64,000 nt of DNA. It comes from Rhynchobatus australiae. Taxonomy: Eukaryota. The notes beneath the pieces are model-generated. The model was not told where the DNA came from. It saw nothing but the letters and a program-made list of their open reading frames with translations, and searched no databases. The position numbers were made by a program, and so were the translations under genes. Positions 61,711-64,000 of this stretch are shown here, in pieces (the first letter of the stretch is position 1; the number at the start of each line of letters is the position of its first letter). Where the stretch lies: contig JAUZTB010000062.1 of assembly GCA_034780895.1 (NCBI GenBank), positions 25,399,719 to 25,463,718 on the forward strand. Direction: 5' to 3'.

Positions 61711-64000
61711 AAATAGGGGGAACATTCCTTTTCTCATCACCTGCTATAATAACATACATGAGGAGATATAGTTTCCTCCAGTGAGCATTAACTTCCTCTG
61801 CCAGCATTAAAAGTGAGGTTTTACTGCAGTGACACTTTGCATCGCCAGTGATAAGTCTACACTGGAAGGATTAATTCTCAGCCTGTTGGCGTTCTAATGT
61901 TAATTTGGCCAAAATAATATTGCAGACAATGCCTGCAGAATGGCAGATTTGAAGTCTTGATCAACACAATTTCCTTTCAAACAGCATTTAATTCAGACCA
62001 GCCCACTGCTAATAGCAGAATCTAATGATTCAAATCATAATTTCTGTCAGAAGCGAATTATTCAAGAAAAAAATTCTCAGCCATCTTATTCTTTCACTAA
62101 TCTTCAGCAAACTTTGATCTTTTTAAAATACTGAGGTGTTGCAATAAGTTCATAGGCCTGACATTAAAAAAAACAGCAGGAGCTTATTATTATCGCCAGA
62201 ACATCAGTAAGATAATATATTTGACTATAGATGATCCCACTGCTGTGTAAAACAAATATAGGAATCAGCAAAAAAAAGTGACTTTTGAAAATACTCACTG
62301 CTATTAGAAGAAAAGTCTCATGGATTTAATTTCCACTCTAAATTATTTCTTTTTTGTTGGCTTAGGGTTAAGAATCCTTCTGCAATGGAGAATCTACCAT
62401 TTTACATGCAATTGGAAACAGGCCGCCTTAATTAATATGTTGCTGGGAATGCTTGAGATTTCTGGCTGAGTTGCATTTCTCTCCATTGAGAATTCCATTT
62501 TCCAGTGAGGAATGCTTACTTCTGTAGGCCCTGAATGACTTGCTCTCATTTAACCATTTTGCTTGGTTCCATTTCTTTCCTCATGTCACTGTAGAAGTTT
62601 ACATCTGTGTCTCCCCTGAAGTTAATTATACAGAGTAAGTGCCTTCTGTACAGACAAACTGAGAAGTGTTTCTAAGTGTAACCCAATCCCTCACTTTGCT
62701 TTTTTATTCTATAACCTTTGGCCTCGTAGATTGTCCTTCTAATTGACCATGAATTGCTCCGGGGCTTCACAATGGTCAACAGCTGCCCTCATTTTTCTGG
62801 AGTGTCCCAGAGTGCCCATTATTCAGAAAATTAACTGCATGGTATTAATACATTGGAAGGTCAAATAAGCAATAGAATGAGTAATTTCCTGTCCTGAATT
62901 CGATTGATGTCTGTTAATATGACCATTGTTATTGTAAAAGCAAAGTTCACCTTGTTTAAATACAATTGGAAATTTTATTTTTCTAATGTATAACAACCCA
63001 CAATTAATATAAATGCAGCCGTAGAATCATACAACAAATTCTAAAGTTACATCAATAAAGTTGTACATCACAATATACCAGCTCAAGACACTCTAACAAC
63101 TTGTTTGACCCTCACACAGAGATACATGTTGATTCAGTTCCAGTCATTATGATCCCAGCTGCTTTATTTTTAGATCTTTGTTACTCACAGAGATCTAACA
63201 GTGAGAAAAGCCAGAAGCCGTCATTTGAACAGTGAATGCATAGAGTGCATTCACCCATTAAAAAAGACGAACGCAACCCCTCTGCTGACTCATCTGGCAA
63301 CTGAGTCATACACGCCAGGAAAGTTCCAGCCTTCATCGCTGGTCTACTGTTGGTCAGGCTGCTGTTTTCTACTGTATCAAGGAGGGGAAATCAATCAGAG
63401 TGCTCATTCCTATTGCAATGTAGAAAACCTAACCTGAAGTACAGGACAAGATGATGGGATCAATTACTTCATGTCACCTCCTTGCTTTTAACATGAAAGG
63501 AGGAAGGAAAGAAAACTGATGGGAAAATAGGGAGAGGGAGTAAAAACTAATGTTTAATGTTTCATTAAACTTGTTTATGATCTAATTCCAAATATTAAGT
63601 AAAGGCCTAAAAATTCTGTTGAATCACATATTGTTTCTGTTTGTTGTGTGATATAAGTTCCATGAAGAAACCAGTTACAGGAAATTGTAGACCTGCCACG
63701 TAGATCATGAAGACAACAATTTTCCTTCTGGTTCCTCCATGCATCCGATGCATTAGTTCACAGAGGACCCTGGGCAGGTATATTGAGTCCAATAGCACAA
63801 AATACACACCTAGACATGACTAGAGCAATTTTCATGCATAGACCATGAACTCAGGGCTCAGTTACACAGAAGTAGGTCTTCACAGCACATGTCCCAAGCA
63901 TTGACATCTGGTGCTAGTAAACCACTTCAGGTAAGACAACTTTTATTTAAGTAACTATTTCTCACAATGACCCTCTCTTGGGCTTCCTATCCCACTCTGA

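Noticed and set aside
63600-63940. Possible exon of a neighbouring gene (donor-like CAG|GTAAGA near 63930; ORF 63607..63807)
   Set aside because: No recognisable protein similarity and no supported acceptor or reading frame.
1-64000. CRISPR arrays, operons or prokaryotic defence systems
   Set aside because: The sequence is vertebrate, intron-containing DNA with no regularly spaced repeat-spacer array or dense ORF organisation.

Overview
Eukaryotic, AT-rich, repeat-dense genomic DNA with 13 N-gaps. The repeat content (HE1-like V-SINEs, Deu-domain SINE, CR1, Rex1/Babar, RTE and Penelope-type fragments) points to a cartilaginous fish, but that assignment is inference. The only protein-coding gene I can support is PMP22 (peripheral myelin protein 22) on the + strand. 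Its four coding exons (16564-16641, 17181-17274, 21506-21646, 30018-30184) splice through GT-AG introns into a 159-aa tetraspan protein. It has a CpG-rich 5' region, a candidate non-coding first exon and a probable long 3' UTR. The rest is intronic or intergenic sequence with decayed retroelements, including a TSD-bounded Ty3/Gypsy chromovirus remnant. The most notable observations are: (i) a dispersed Penelope-type repeat carrying hammerhead-ribozyme core motifs, several in inverted pairs; (ii) a ~78-bp inverted repeat bracketing a SOX/EGR-motif segment in the PMP22 intron; (iii) a miR-29 8mer site in the 3' UTR; and (iv) a perfect 77-bp inverted duplication next to a gap. I see no convincing evidence of a wholly new biological system. 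Repeat-family names come from motif recognition, not database searches, and repeat boundaries are approximate unless a TSD is given.
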